Shown here: positions 14,109 to 27,250 of the stretch, piece after piece
Numbering within the stretch: position 1 is the first letter of the stretch
Layout of the letters: each line of letters begins with the position of its first letter
Origin: Octopus bimaculoides
Taxonomy: Eukaryota
Direction of reading: 5' to 3'
NCBI RefSeq assembly: GCF_001194135.2
Contig: NC_068984.1
Span: 4,094,192-4,158,135, forward strand
Length of the DNA stretch: 63,944 bases
Notes under the pieces: generated by a model
What the model was told of the DNA's origin: nothing
Seen by the model: only the letters and a program-made list of their open reading frames with translations
Database searches by the model: none
Made by a program: the position numbers and the translations under genes

Positions 14109-15327
14109 ACAGGCTTTTTTCAGGTAAATATACTTACAGAAGAAATAATCATTAATGTTGCATATTACTGCCATCTAGGTAGGAGCACTGACATTTAAGA
14201 ATAATGTCTATTGTGTCCAACTAACAGCTTCAGTTTCCATAAAATACTCAAATTGGTTTTTCTTTGTTATGTGTGTGTTAAATTTTACATTGTCTTCTAC
14301 TATAGATATGTTTTTCGTAATTAGTCTTCTCATTTATAAAATTGTTGTATTGTTAACTAATGTTCTCCTATCAAGTTTTGTCTGGTGTTGTTGCATAATG
14401 TAATATATGTCGTATCTGCATGACCACCACTACAGGAAATCCAGCCCTTCATACATTTCTTGTTAATAGCTTCTTTAACTAGTTACCATTGCATTGTATA
14501 TCCAAGCAAACAGATTTACAGAAAAGGGACCTAGCTGAATGGATATAATTTTAGAAGACCATTTAAAGGTTTTTAAGATAAAACCATCTACTGGCATTTT
14601 ATTGTGTATCACACTGCATTGTACATACCTTAGTTTACCAAGAATAAGCTGCAGTTCACCTTGGAATCTAACCTGTGATATACTGTCATACTATTTCTGT
14701 AGACTTGTATTTTATCCACTTACCACCATGGAACTGGAGTTAAGTGATTTAGAATTTTCTTAAGGTTTAAGAGATAATCACATTTATAGTTAGCAACAGA
14801 ACAAATGGAGGCCACAGCAACTTCTTTAGAACCGTCTCTTGTTAAGACGAAACTACTTTATATTTTATTTACTTATCAACACATTAGTCAGGGTGTAAAA
14901 TATCTGTTTCTGATAAAACTTTGGTCAGTATCAGACACTGAGCCAAAATCTCTCTGGATAAAACATTGCTCTCTGAGAAATCAATACACATAGACTTTGA
15001 ACAGGTCTTCAAATGAACATTTAGCTGAGGCAAAGGAATTGTGGTTTGAGCCAACTCCAATTTCACAATTATCATTTCTATCACCATTTCAACAAAACCA
15101 ACAACAACAACAATAGTAATTGATGAAATTGTTGCTGCTACAGCTAACTGTAGTAATATTATTAATAACAATAATAACAACAACAACAATAATCAAATAA
15201 AATTACTATTTATGATAAATTTTCTGTAAATATATTTCGTTATTATGCACATGTTGACGAAAATTTTGAATCTCAAAAGTTTGCATTCATCATATTTATG
15301 ATGAAGTAGTTTGTGGATATATATATA

Positions 15328-15650
15328 CACAAGGGTGAGTAAAAAAAAAATGTCATTTTGTTTAGGACAGGTATAATTACCAACACAGGAGCATGTATCA
15401 TACATCAAAATGAAGCTGGTCCTCTGTGGATTACATCCCTTCTTCTCAACAAAGTTACTGTTTCTCTCAATAGTAATGTTCCACCTTCGAATGAAAGCAT
15501 GTATCCCTGCTCCATAAAATTCTATTGACTGTTCTTTGAGCCAGTTCTCCACTACAGTTTTCACTTCCTCATCACTGGACTATCATCGTCACTGGACTAT
15601 CATCTCTTTGGCCCCATGAAGGAGGGTTTGAGAGGCAAACATTATTCCAG
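15328..15650 (-). mobile_element. Mariner 3' remnant (different family) with internal micro-inversion
   Basis: Minus strand SSDEEVKTVVENWLKEQSIEFYGAGIHAFIRRWNITIERN; TA-flanked end CACAAGGGTGAGT at 15328. The preceding DYHLFGPMKEGLRGKHYS segment lies on the plus strand (15595-15650). Confidence 0.85.
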
Positions 15651-16263
15651 GCACATATTGTTCAGAGGGTTATCTGCAACCATAAAATCTAGGGATATTC
15701 CTAGTGTTATTGATCTTATTGTGACCGAAGATCATCAGCTTTGTGTCAGGAGGAGCAATGGATAGCTATAGCTAATTTTTACTGTGCTTCTATTAAAGAT
15801 CTTGTGTGTTTGCAATCACACTCATGTTGTATAGAGGATAGTACCACAAAGTCCTCTTGTGCCTCTGTCTCTTTTGGCCTAAGTTTGGTTCGATACAGGT
15901 CATATTGTCCTTTAAAACTGGATATTTTTAATGTGCTGTTGTGATGTGGAGCTGCTTTTTGAAGGTTGCTTCATCAGAGGACAGGTTGGAAGCAGACCTA
16001 CTAATGTTATTAGCTACTTGTTTAATTGTCAATGGTGGATGGTTGCAGCCTCTTCGATGTAAGAGGTATCCTCATATCAAATGGTGGTGGTGGTCATGAT
16101 AATTTTTTTATAAAGAACAAAGTTAAATAGAAAGAAGTGTCGTTAATGTTGTTTTAAAAACTGACATTAAAGAAATAGATGAAAGTCACAATTTGAGATA
16201 GAAATTGTCTTCCAGCCTCAATTTGTCAAGTACTTATACAGATACTGCGCTTGGCAATGATTC

Positions 16264-16294
<31 letters not shown>

Positions 16295-16843
16295 AATGAT
16301 GATTAATTGACTGTCAATCAGCATAATTATATTTAATTAGCTCCCATCAATATTTCTAATAATTAACTTAACTTTTATCATGATACAATTGCCAGTAATT
16401 ATAAAAAGTGCAAAGAAGTTGCTAGCTGTGGTGGTGAGGATGTTGGAATTAATAGTGATGATGATGATGGTGATAGTAGCCAGTTCTATTCACTGCTGTC
16501 ACCATTCCTAAACAGTCCCATTCTTTGTGGATTCATTTCATGTCCAACACCTTTTTTTTTGGTTCTCTCACAAACTTTTTCTTTCTGTTCCGACTTACTT
16601 ACCTCTCGTTTTCCTCATCCTCACCAGCATCATTAACTGCATGCACTTAAAGAGCAGCACTTTCCTACTTTTGTTTCATTTGATGCTTTATATACTATAT
16701 ATATATATATATATACACACACTCTCTTTCTCTCCCCCACCCCATATATGCATATATGTGTGTGTGTGTCTGTATATGTATAAAGTGTACATGTGCATAT
16801 ACACACATGCATCTATAATATATGCATATACACTCTGTTACTT

Positions 16844-16893
<50 letters not shown>

Positions 16894-16899
16894 AACTTT

Positions 16900-17400
16900 G
16901 TTTGCGAAGACCTGTTGAGGCAAGTGGAATTAAAATCAAAATTGCTGACGTGGCTGAGTACTACCTGATGGCACTTATGCCAATAGAACGTTAAAAGTAC
17001 ATCCAAGCATGATCGTTGTCAGGGCCATACATTGGCTCCCGTGCCGGTGACAGGTAAAAAGCACCATTCAAGCATCTTGTGCCGTTGGCGCGTGAAAAAC
17101 AACATTCAAGCATGGTTGTTGCCAGTGCTGCCTGACTGGCTCCTATGCAGGTAGCACGTAAAAAACACCCTTTGAGCGTGGTTGTTGCCAGAACAAGCTT
17201 ACTGGCCCTCGTGCCGGTGGCACGTAAAAGCACCCACTACACTCTTGGAGAGGTTGGTGTTAAGAAGGGTATCCAGCTGTAGAAACTTTGCCAGATCAGA
17301 CTGGAGCAGCCTTCTGGCTCGCCAGTCCTCAGTCAAACCATCCAACCCATGCCAGCATGGAAAGCGGACATTAAACAATGACGACGATGATGATGATGAT
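16900..17400 (+). mobile_element. RTE-type 3' UTR/tail with tandem units
   Basis: Same unit series and (GAT)n tail as 26457-26990. Confidence 0.85.
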
Positions 17401-19262
17401 ATACATATATATATATACACACTGTAACACTTTCACTATATAAAGTGTTATATAATATATATACAGCACTTTTACTTGAAGCAGGAATTATCTTGATGCT
17501 TACTGATACAACTTAGTTGTCTGTGCAAGAAATTAAAACTCAATTATCTGCCCATTGTAATAGCCCTTAGCAATTATAGAGAGAGTCATGATGAAGACTT
17601 TGAAATATTGCTTGAATGAATCTCGATTGTGATTTAATGATTCCTTAAAGTAAAACTTATCTAAACAATATTGATTTTTAAGTGGGCAGACTGCCATTAT
17701 TTTGAGAGCCTGTTGCGGTTGATTAAATCAACCTCATTATCTTACTGATACTTGTTTAACGATCGGAAGGATGAAAACAGACACAGCAGGGCACTGCTAA
17801 TGCACCTAACTGAGAGTTCATCAAATATCTACAGGCAGTTATAAGTTAGAATTACCATCTACACCCCAGCATGTTAAGCCAACTTCCTGTTGATGTTTGC
17901 AAATTTAGGGTAGCAGATATCTATAATACAGATCTTTATAGTTCAATTTTAAATAATTTTTGCCAACTATTTTTTTTCATCTTCTCGGCAGACCGAACCA
18001 TTTCTTTGTAAGGATTTTATTTGGTTCTATCAACATCATAACCTTTTACCAGACCTTATTTCAACCTCTGGAATAATTAAAGGTGTTTAATTTGCATTCC
18101 AGTCGAATTACTTTAACACAATTTTGGGCAAATTCTGACTAGTGTCCACTACCCTGTAACTGGTCTTCATCTTTGCTTTATGTGTTTTTCTTTAAAATAT
18201 TTTGATATTCTGCTCTATTGCAATATGAATGAATGAACCAAATAATAAAGACTACAAAACACCATAAAAATATGAAAATCAAACTAAAATAATGTTTACA
18301 TCCATCAATTTTTTTCCCCCAATTTAATTTTATTTCCGGCTTAATATGCTATTTGTTGTGATGTCATTATGAACACCTCTTCAATTGCACATTACTACAC
18401 TTTTCCAGATTCAGTTTATCCTAATCTAATTACTCATAGCATTTATTTGTGGCAATACAACAAAAAAAAAAAGAAAATCATGCTTTTATTTTGTTTTTCA
18501 TTTATTACTTTTTGCTTGTTTTTTTTTTTTAGTTTTGGTATTTTCATACTTGTATAGAATGACTGATCTTATAAACCATGTTCACTTTTAGATTGAAATG
18601 TTATATTGTCTCAAAGTGCCACTCACTTAGGAAATCTTGTTTGGGGCATAAAAGAAAAAAATTCAACACCAAACGAAATCAAATCCAATAATTTCAGTTT
18701 GACCCGTTTTGATTAAGTCAAAAACATTGTATTTCATTAAAATTTGATTGTTGGAGTTAAAACATTTTATTAACTAAACTGAGTCCCTTTTCAGATTCTA
18801 AAGAGTTTTTAATCCCCCTGTAGTTGTTGACTAATTGTATTAGTCAGTTTGTAGAGTGTACTTGGGACATTTTATCAGCACTTGACGGGCTGCCTTGTCC
18901 TCAGCAGCACTAACGAGTCTTCTGTAACTCTCCTAAAAAAAAGACAGGAACATGGAAAAGCCATCACACAAGTTTTCTTCAGTAACATGTTTTAAATCAA
19001 TTGAAGAAATTAAAACATATTAAAAAAAAAACATTCAAAATAAAATTGGGAAAAAAGAAATGTTGTGTCTTCATTTGTAGTGTGGGCAAAGTATTGTGAG
19101 GTCGGTGGATTAAGCTGTAGTATGGGTTAGGGTTAGGGTTATTTGTAGATTAAGTTGTAGTGTCAGTAAAGTATTGTGAAGCTGGTCATCAGCTATTAAT
19201 TCAGTGACTGATTTTCAATTGATAAAGGGGGGAGGGCCAATATTTCTGATGAATTCTCAAAA

Positions 19263-19960
19263 CATCATCATCATCATCATCGTTTAATATCCACTTTCCA
19301 TGCTGGCATGGGTTGGATGGTTTGATTGGGGGCTGGCAAGCAAAGAGGCTGCACCAGGCTCCAATCTGATCTGGCAAAGTTTTTACAGCTGGGAGCCCTT
19401 CCTAACGCCAACCACTCCAAGAGTGTAGTGGGTGCTTTTTGCATGTCACTGGCATGAGGGCCAGTCAGGCAATACTGGCATTGACCATGCTTGAATGGTG
19501 CTTTTTACATGCCACCAGCATGGGACCAGTCAAGCGGCACTGGCAACAACTACATTCAAATGGTGCTTTTTACATGCCACCAGCATGGGACCAGTCAAGC
19601 GGCACTGGCATNNNNNNNNNNNNNNNNNNNNNNNNNNNNNNNNNNNNNTACTGGCATTGACCATGCTTGAATGGTGCTTTTTACATGCCACCAGCATGGG
19701 ACCAGTCAAGCGGCACTGGCAACAACTACATTCAAATGGTGCTTTTTACATGCCACCAGCATGGGACCAGTCAAGCGGCACTGGCATCAACCACATATGA
19801 ATGGTGTTTTGTATGTGCCACCAGCATGGGTACCAATCAGACGGTACTGTTATTGGCCATGACAATGACTTCACTTGATTCAACAGGTCTTCACAATGGG
19901 CCAGTTATGCTGCACTGGCATAGGCCATGGTTACGGTCTCATTTGGCATGCCGGATCTTC
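19263..19960 (-). mobile_element. RTE-type 3' UTR with expanded ~64-bp tandem array
   Basis: About five units GGTGCTTTTTACATGCCACCAGCATGGGACCAGTCAAGCGGCACTGGCA..., spanning a 37-N gap. Confidence 0.85.
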
Positions 19961-20736
19961 TCAAAACAATTTATGAAATATCAAATGTAAACAATTATTA
20001 GAGAAGGTTTTTTTTTTTTTAATTAGTGTATGATTTTTAGTACAATGACTAACTCTTCTATCTCTTCTTCTACTGGTGAGGAATACATATTTATCAGGGG
20101 TGGGGGAGCTGTAGCCTTTAAACCTGTCAGGAGAGAGGAAGTAACCCTCACACCATACACCTATCCGAAATATTGGCAACAGTGGTGGGATGGAAGTGGT
20201 CAATGATTGAAGTGTACCTCGCAATGCTGATGCCATGTAAAAAGCACCCACTACACTCTGTAAAGTGGTTGATATGAAGAAGTGGGGCATCTAGTTGGAG
20301 AAACCAAGCCAAAACAGACTGTGGAACTTGATGTGATCCCTGGCCTTGCCAGTTACTGTCGACTCATCTAACCCATGCCAGCATGGGAAACAGACGTTAA
20401 ATGATGATGATGTAAAATAGTTGAGGATCTTTGTTTCAGTTTTGTTGAACTAATAACAAGAAGCAGATCATGTGACAACTGGGACCTCAATTGATTAGAA
20501 AGTTTATCATTTATGAGATTTACAACAATCACTGCCACTTGGAGACTAAACTTCTTTATTATCATATCTGTTATTGAGTAACTAAACATGATACTAGAGA
20601 GATAGCAGGCATATAACTATGTCAGTTCAGTTATGTCGCTAAGAAACACATGAATGTCACACAGTCTCATTCCCAGACGATCAACAGATTATGTCATAAT
20701 TCCAATGTTCCATGGCACTAAACATGCAAGTGTATT

Positions 20737-20961
20737 TACTTTATTTACATTTGACAGATATCTATCCTCATCTTGTTTGTTGTTAACACAATGTTTCAGT
20801 TGATGTACTCTCCAGCCTTCATCAGGTGTCTTGGGGAAATTTCGAACTCCAGTTCTCATTCCTAAGGTATTTTTCAATGGTGTAGTGGTTAAGAGCGCAG
20901 GCTACTAACCCCAAAATTCCAAGTTCGATTCCAGGCAGTGACCTGAATAATAATAATGATA

Positions 20962-21004
<43 letters not shown>

Positions 21005-21183
21005 CAATATCGAAAAATACCTTAGGAATGAGAACCGAGGTTCGAAATTTCCCCAAGACACCTGATGAAGGCTGGAGGGTATATCAGCCGAAACGTTGTG
21101 TTAACAACAAACAAAATGAGGACAAATAACTGTCAAATGTAAATAATGTACATAATTTCTCAGCCCTTAAATATAGAACTGTA
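20737..21183 (+). mobile_element. tRNA-headed SINE-like element with Penelope-like hammerhead terminal repeat, preceded by an inverted copy of that repeat
   Basis: A-box TGGTGTAGTGG (20878-20888), B-box GTTCGATTCC (20923-20932), (AAT)n linker, then a ~180-bp tail with hammerhead ending TATAGAACTGTA. 20737-20877 is the reverse complement of most of the same tail. Confidence 0.8.
21057..21102 (+). ncRNA. Minimal type I hammerhead ribozyme motif (Penelope-type), core intact
   Basis: GACAC-CTGATGA-A-GGCTG(gagggtatat)CAGCC-GAA-ACGT-T-GTGTT. Stem I GACAC/GTGTT (one G-U pair), CUGAUGA core, 5-bp stem II, GAAA, palindromic ACGT replacing stem III, predicted NUH site GUU at 21095-21097. Confidence 0.8.
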
Positions 21184-21809
21184 TCCAAGTGTATTATTTC
21201 ACCAATCTATAGAGGCCATGAGAAGGTAACGAAGAAGTATTGAGTTCTAATGAGTATTCCACAAACCTGTAATTACATCCAGTTTAGATCAAAGTGGGAT
21301 GTAATGCACCACACCAACATGTTTTACATAAAGTGGAATTACAATGGACACTAAAAAAAGGACAACCTGGAAAAAACAAAGCACAACAAAGTATTAGCTT
21401 AACCCTTTTGATACAAACCTATCTAAAACTGCCCCTGTTTCTATGCTACAAACTTGTTTTAAATTAATTGGAATTAAGGCCTTTCATCCAAATTTATGTT
21501 TCAAATGCCATCTTAAGAATGAGTTATTTTACTAGATTCTTCATTATTTTCAAAATTAATTGAAGCAAAACCAATGTATCTCAACAGAAATATGGTTAAT
21601 GCTCTGGCAGAAAGAGGAAGTATTGATATATTTCGTATTTTCTCCAGACTTTGGATTATGAGACTCAGTTTTAGGGGCACAAATAGTTTTGTATAGAAAG
21701 AAGACATAGAATTATTTCACCCACCACACCCCATGCTCCCTATTTGAAAAATGTATTTCTGCCCAGATTTCATAAGTTACAACTCTGTTTATATGAATGA
21801 GTAAGCACA

Positions 21810-22095
21810 CATCATCATCATCGTCGTCGTCGTCATCGTTTAACATCCACTTTCCATGCTGCACCAGGCTCAATCTGATCTGGCAAAGTTTCTACAGCTG
21901 GATGTCCTTCCTAACGCCAACCACTCCGAGAGTGTGGTGGGTGCTTTTATGTGCCACTGGCACGAGGGCCAGTCAGGTGGTTCTGGCAATGACCATGCTC
22001 AAAATGTGTTTTTTTTTTCGTGTCACCTGCACGGGAGCCAGTCTGGCGGCACTGGCAACAACCACGCTCAAATGTTGTTTTTCACATGCCCCCAG
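21810..22095 (-). mobile_element. RTE-type 3' UTR/tail
   Basis: (CAT)n-CGTTTAACATCC followed by the same tandem units. Confidence 0.8.
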
Positions 22096-24261
22096 CACAC
22101 ATAGAACATTATTGTGTCCCACAAGCAATAAACAATTAGAATTGAACCTGTGTTGCTAATTTTTCTCCATATCAACACAAAAACTACATAAAACAAGTCA
22201 TGATAAACTCTTCATATTTCTCACAGAGAAAGAAAACTGTACAAAGCTCATTAGATCTTATTTTTTAATCTTGAAAAATATATATTTCTCAATTTATAAT
22301 TTTTTTTGCCCTCCCTCTTCACTTAAATGAAAAATAATTGAAATTAAATCCAATAACTTACAAATTTGTACTTTTATATTTTTTTTATTCNNNNNNNNNN
22401 NNNNNNNNNNNNNNNNNNNNNNNNNNNNNNNNNNNNNNNNNNNNNNNNNNNNNNNNNNNNNNNNNNNNNNNNNNNNNNNNNNNNNNNNNNNNNNNNNNNN
22501 NNNNNNNNNNNNNNNNNNNNNNNNNNNNNNNNNNNNNNNNNNNNNNNNNNNNNNNNNNNNNNNNNNNNNNNNNNNNNNNNNNNNNNNNNNNNNNNNNNNN
22601 NNNNNNNNNNNNNNNNNNNNNNNNNNNNNNNNNNNNNNNNNNNNNNNNNNNNNNNNNNNNNNNNNNNNNNNNNNNNNNNNNNNNNNNNNNNNNNNNNNNN
22701 NNNNNNNNNNNNNNNNNNNNNNNNNNNNNNNNNNNNNNNNNNNNNNNNNNNNNNNNNNNNNNNNNNNNNNNNNNNNNNNNNNNNNNNNNNNNNNNNNNNN
22801 NNNNNNNNNNNNNNNNNNNNNNNNNNNNNNNNNNNNNNNNNNNNNNNNNNNNNNNNNNNNNNNNNNNNNNNNNNNNNNNNNNNNNNNNNNNNNNNNNGGG
22901 GGGGGGTAAAAAAAATTGAATAAAAAGAAATGCAACAGAAGGAAGAATGACGGGAAAATAAGGACGAAAATTGCAGTTGTAAGTTTATACTTTAGTTTCT
23001 GAAGTGAAGCAAAGTTATTATTAAATGTGAAACTTTTGCTTACATTGTGTTCTGTTATATAAAGGGTGAGGCAGGATGGAGTCAAATGCTGATACAGAAG
23101 TATTTGTATTTATTTATTTTTCACCCTTTAATATATTCAAGAAATTCATTTTTATCAAATAATTTGTACGGATTTTTAAAACTAAAGCCTTCCCTTTAAC
23201 TGCCTAACAACTACACCTCCTTCCCTCTTAGTCTCTCACTCTCTCTGTCTCTTATCTTTATCTCCTCCTCTTCCTCTCTCTCTCTCTATATATAAATCTT
23301 TTTCTTCTTTTTAATGTCCATCTTCCAGTGTGTGTGTGTGTGCTTCTCCTGGCGTCTTGCATTCTCTACTTTCAAATTTGGGTTCATTTTTTTTTTCACC
23401 GTCCCTTTTTTCACCTTATGCTTTATCCTTTCATCTTTCCAGTCGTGTAGGAGATTTTCCATCATATTATACACACATCATATCATGTCTCAGAGCTCCA
23501 TGGCCTTTATTTTGTTTGCATGATGTATAATTTATTTTGTTTATATATTCACTTTTATACTTGTGTTTTATTTGTAATTGTCTTCATCACTATCGTCAAC
23601 ATTGACGCAATATTCCCAGCAGTTATTCACTGTTGACACCACCAAAAATAAACAGTATTATCAGTAAAGGTGTGAAACTGTAATGACTTCTTGGGATGAT
23701 AAGTGACGAGAAAAGAGCATGTCCATGTCCTGTGTTTAATTTTCTATTCATTCCTTGTTGTGCTTCTATTTAATTTTTGAAACTTTTATGGATACATATA
23801 TATTATAAATAAAATGCTATATAATATTTTGATAACAACCAATTAACTTTTTGAGTTCAAGAGCGCATTTCAATCTTGCAAAAAGTGAAGTTTTAGCTGC
23901 TGTCCTCATGATGGAAAATTCTGTAGAGTAACATGTAGAGTGCAGGCCCCTCAGAGCTCCCGGCTCCGGGCTCAGTCTGCCTCTGAGTGGATGGTACAAC
24001 TCTAAGTTTAGACTTGTGAGTTGGAGATAAGGAGTTAGAGAAGGTACTTGTCCTTGATATTCAGGAGGATTTTGTACAGTGGACCCCATCACTATCACCA
24101 TTTTTTTCTCTTGTAGTCATATACTATGTATACCTCACATTTTGTAATGTACCCCATGTATACCTTTTTTCTAATCATTGCATTGTATGTAAACCATCAC
24201 ACTTTATGTCTGTCTATATATTGTCCCCCACATCCTTCACCCTGATGGAAAATAAAAGAAA

Positions 24262-24485
24262 TTATTATTATTATTGTGTGAGAGGGCAGTGCATGCCATC
24301 AAAGTGACACTGGGTTAAAATATACGAAGCCCAGTATACCCATCATGACTGCTCATCAGATAAGGGTACATCAGGCACATGCATCACAACCACATGTGCG
24401 CAACATTGTGATCTTATATCAAGATAAACAGTGCATGACCTTGTAGGTGAGGCCTAGTTAAAATTTTCTTCAGGTTAAGTAGCCA
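24262..24485 (-). mobile_element. Short interspersed repeat with (AAT)n tail, family unassigned
   Basis: GC-richer ~200-bp block ending in (AAT)n on the minus strand. Confidence 0.45.
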
Positions 24486-24927
24486 ATCTATATATATATA
24501 TATATACACCTTTCATATATTGATGCACGTACATCCACATACAGACAAAATACTGCCGAACATTTATTATATAAGCAATGTGGACAAGACATACAAAAAT
24601 ACACTTGTATAAATAAGAAGTTGAAATCGTGAATGTCACTGAAAACAAAAGAAAATATATTAACTGTTGTTGGTGTCAAACAGTTAGTAAACAACACTAT
24701 ACTAACTATTGATAGTGTTACATAAACAACAATATATTAACTTTGAGTTTGTTAAGTGTAATCCTTGTTGTTTTCTGTTATTGCAGTGTTTTAGTGATGT
24801 ATCTGTTTTGTAAGTGGAGTACATTTTTCTTGCCGTATACAGTATGTCTTCTTGGTCTATATTTGGTGGCTACAGCATCTGTTGTATCTGTGGGCATGAA
24901 TTTGTTCTTGGTTTGTTCTGTAGTCAA

Positions 24928-25303
24928 CCCTTTAGCATTTAAGCTGACCATATCTGCCCCAATTTTATTCTACCTGTTTTGTGTTGAAACTGGCCAGATC
25001 TGGCCTCTCACACTGACCCTATAATGTCATTCCAAAAATAAACATAACATTTGATAGAATAATCAGAATGCTAAAGTATTGACCCTTTTGTTACCAGCCC
25101 GGCTGAAACTAGCTCTGGCTCTGTAGTACAAATGTCTTGTTTTCATAAGTTCTGAATTAAAATCTTCCACCAAACCTTAGTCACAATTTATGTTCCTAAC
25201 ACTAGCTTAATGATAACTAAGATATTTTACTAAATTCTTTGTTATATTTAAAGTAATTGAAAGAAACACAGAGCATTTCAACAGAAATACAATAACGAAA
25301 GGG
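24928..25303. mobile_element. Two adjacent piggyBac-type MITEs
   Basis: 24928-25078 (CCCTTTAGCATT...AATGCTAAAG) abuts 25083-25303 (same family as 56522) at a shared TTGA/TTAA site. Confidence 0.75.
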
Positions 25304-26456
25304 TTAAGTAGACCCTGTCCATTTCAACTTCATGTCAGGAAACCTTTGTATCACATTTGATAGACATGTTCATAATTTTAAAATTCATTCCTTGTTACAA
25401 TATACCAATATATTTTACACCAGTTTCTTTTTTTCTTTTCTTTGTGTGTATGTTAAGAACTTAGACTATCTCTAATTCCCCCATGCTCCTCTATTTTTCT
25501 TGCAATTTACTTCATCATTACTTCTCTCAAACTTTTGTGTATTTCTTAAAATGGATAATTATTTCATTAGGTTTTCTTGAACATGTTTTGTATGAAGAAA
25601 CTTTAAAACTTGAACAACTATTGCTAACTTCAATCAATATTTCAGAGAAACCATCTCCCAGAGGTTGCTGCATGAAACAGTCATATGGAGGCCTTCACAA
25701 ACAGACACACGCACACACTGTTTTCTTTAAAACACTAGTTTTAACTTAATAACACAAGCAAATATGATTATTTTCTCCTACCACTACTATTAAATGAACC
25801 AGTTATTGAATATCCAACTCTATAAATTTCAGATTTGTTCAAAGTATTCACTCAACATATATATTTCTTTCTTTTAAACAATATATTGTTTTTTTTTTTA
25901 ATGTTGTTTTTTAATATAAATTTTTGTAATAATATAACTGACAGACTATCAAAGGTTATACTTTAAAACTTATTGTCTCTAAAACACAATCCACTTTTGA
26001 GAGTGGAATTGTTATTCATACATACATATACAACAGACACGCATATGCACACAAGCATGCACGCATTCACACGTGCACACACACACACACACATATACTT
26101 AGTGTGCTAGTTAGAACATTTTTATCTCACTAAAATATTTTTACTGGTGGATATTCTCAACTGTTAGGTAGAAGAAATATGAACTGTTAACGAAATAAAT
26201 TAACAACTTTAAATTGATGGCCATAGCTTGTTAATCAGTGGCGTGACTTTATAACCACTGTACCTCTTCACACACACACACACACACACAAATAGGCACA
26301 GGTTAAGAAGAATGCCTACCAGCAACATAGTTCCAGGTTCAGTCCTACTGCTTAGCACCATGGGCAAGTGTCTTCTGTTATGGTTGCAAGCCAATAAAAA
26401 TCTCGTGAGTGATTTGGTGGGTGGAAGCTGAAAGAAGTCTGTCAGTAAAGAATTTC

Positions 26457-27250
26457 ATCATCATCATCGTTTAACGTCCGTTTTCCATGCTGGTATGGGT
26501 TGGACAGTTTGACTGAGGAGTGGTAAGCCAGTAGGATGCACCAAGCTCCAATTTGATCTGGCAAGGTTTCTACAACTGGATGCCCTTCCTAACGCCAACC
26601 ACTCCGAGAGTATAGTGAGTACTTTTTAGGTGCCATCGGCACGGAGGGCCAGTCAGGCAGCACTGGCATTGACCATGCTTGAATGGTGCTTTTTACATGT
26701 CACCGGCATGGGAGCCAGTCAGGCGGCACTGGCATGGACCACACTCATATGGTGTTTTTTATGTGCCACCAGTACAGGAGCCAGTCAGTCAGCACTGGCA
26801 TCAACCATGCTTGAATGGTGCTTTTTATGTGCCACTCGCGCAGGTGCCAGTCAGGTGGTACTGGCATCGGCCATGACAACAATTTCACTTGACTTAACAT
26901 GTATTCTCAAGTACAGCATATTGCCCGACAATTGAAGGGTACTCTTAAATGGGCCAGTTATGTGACACTGGCATGGGCCACAGCCATGATCTCACTTGGC
27001 TTTCTGGGTTTTCTCAATCACAGCACATTTCCAACGGTCTTGGTTGCCTGTCATTGCCTCTGTAAGGCCCAACGTTTGAAGGTCATGCTTCACCACCTCA
27101 TCCCAGGTCTTCCTGGGACTACCTCTTCCATGGGTTCCCTCCACTGTTAGGGTGTGACACTTCTTCACACAGCTGTCCTCATCCATACATAACACATGAC
27201 CATACCAGCGCACTCATCTCTCTTGCACACCACATCTGATGCTTCTTATG
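26457..27250 (-). mobile_element. 5'-truncated RTE LINE: RT C-terminus, 3' UTR with tandem units, (GAT)n tail
   Basis: RSIRCGVQER, RWYGHVLCMDEDSCVKKC, GRGSPRKTWDEVVKHDL. The UTR contains ~64-bp units and ends GGACGTTAAACGATGATGATG. Confidence 0.92.

Noticed and set aside
14884-15189. ORF with apparent signal peptide (MLLLLLLLLIILL...)
   Set aside because: The hydrophobic start derives from (TTG/TTA)n repeats, uses a TTG start, and shows no recognisable domain.
19439-19870. Regularly spaced repeats resembling a CRISPR array
   Set aside because: Whole ~64-bp units are repeated without unique spacers, no cas genes are present, and the array is part of an RTE 3' UTR in eukaryotic DNA. The identical blocks either side of the 37-N gap may be an assembly overlap.
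20878-20945. Functional tRNA gene
   Set aside because: Has A and B boxes but no complete acceptor stem; it is always attached to the same repeat tail, so it is a SINE head.
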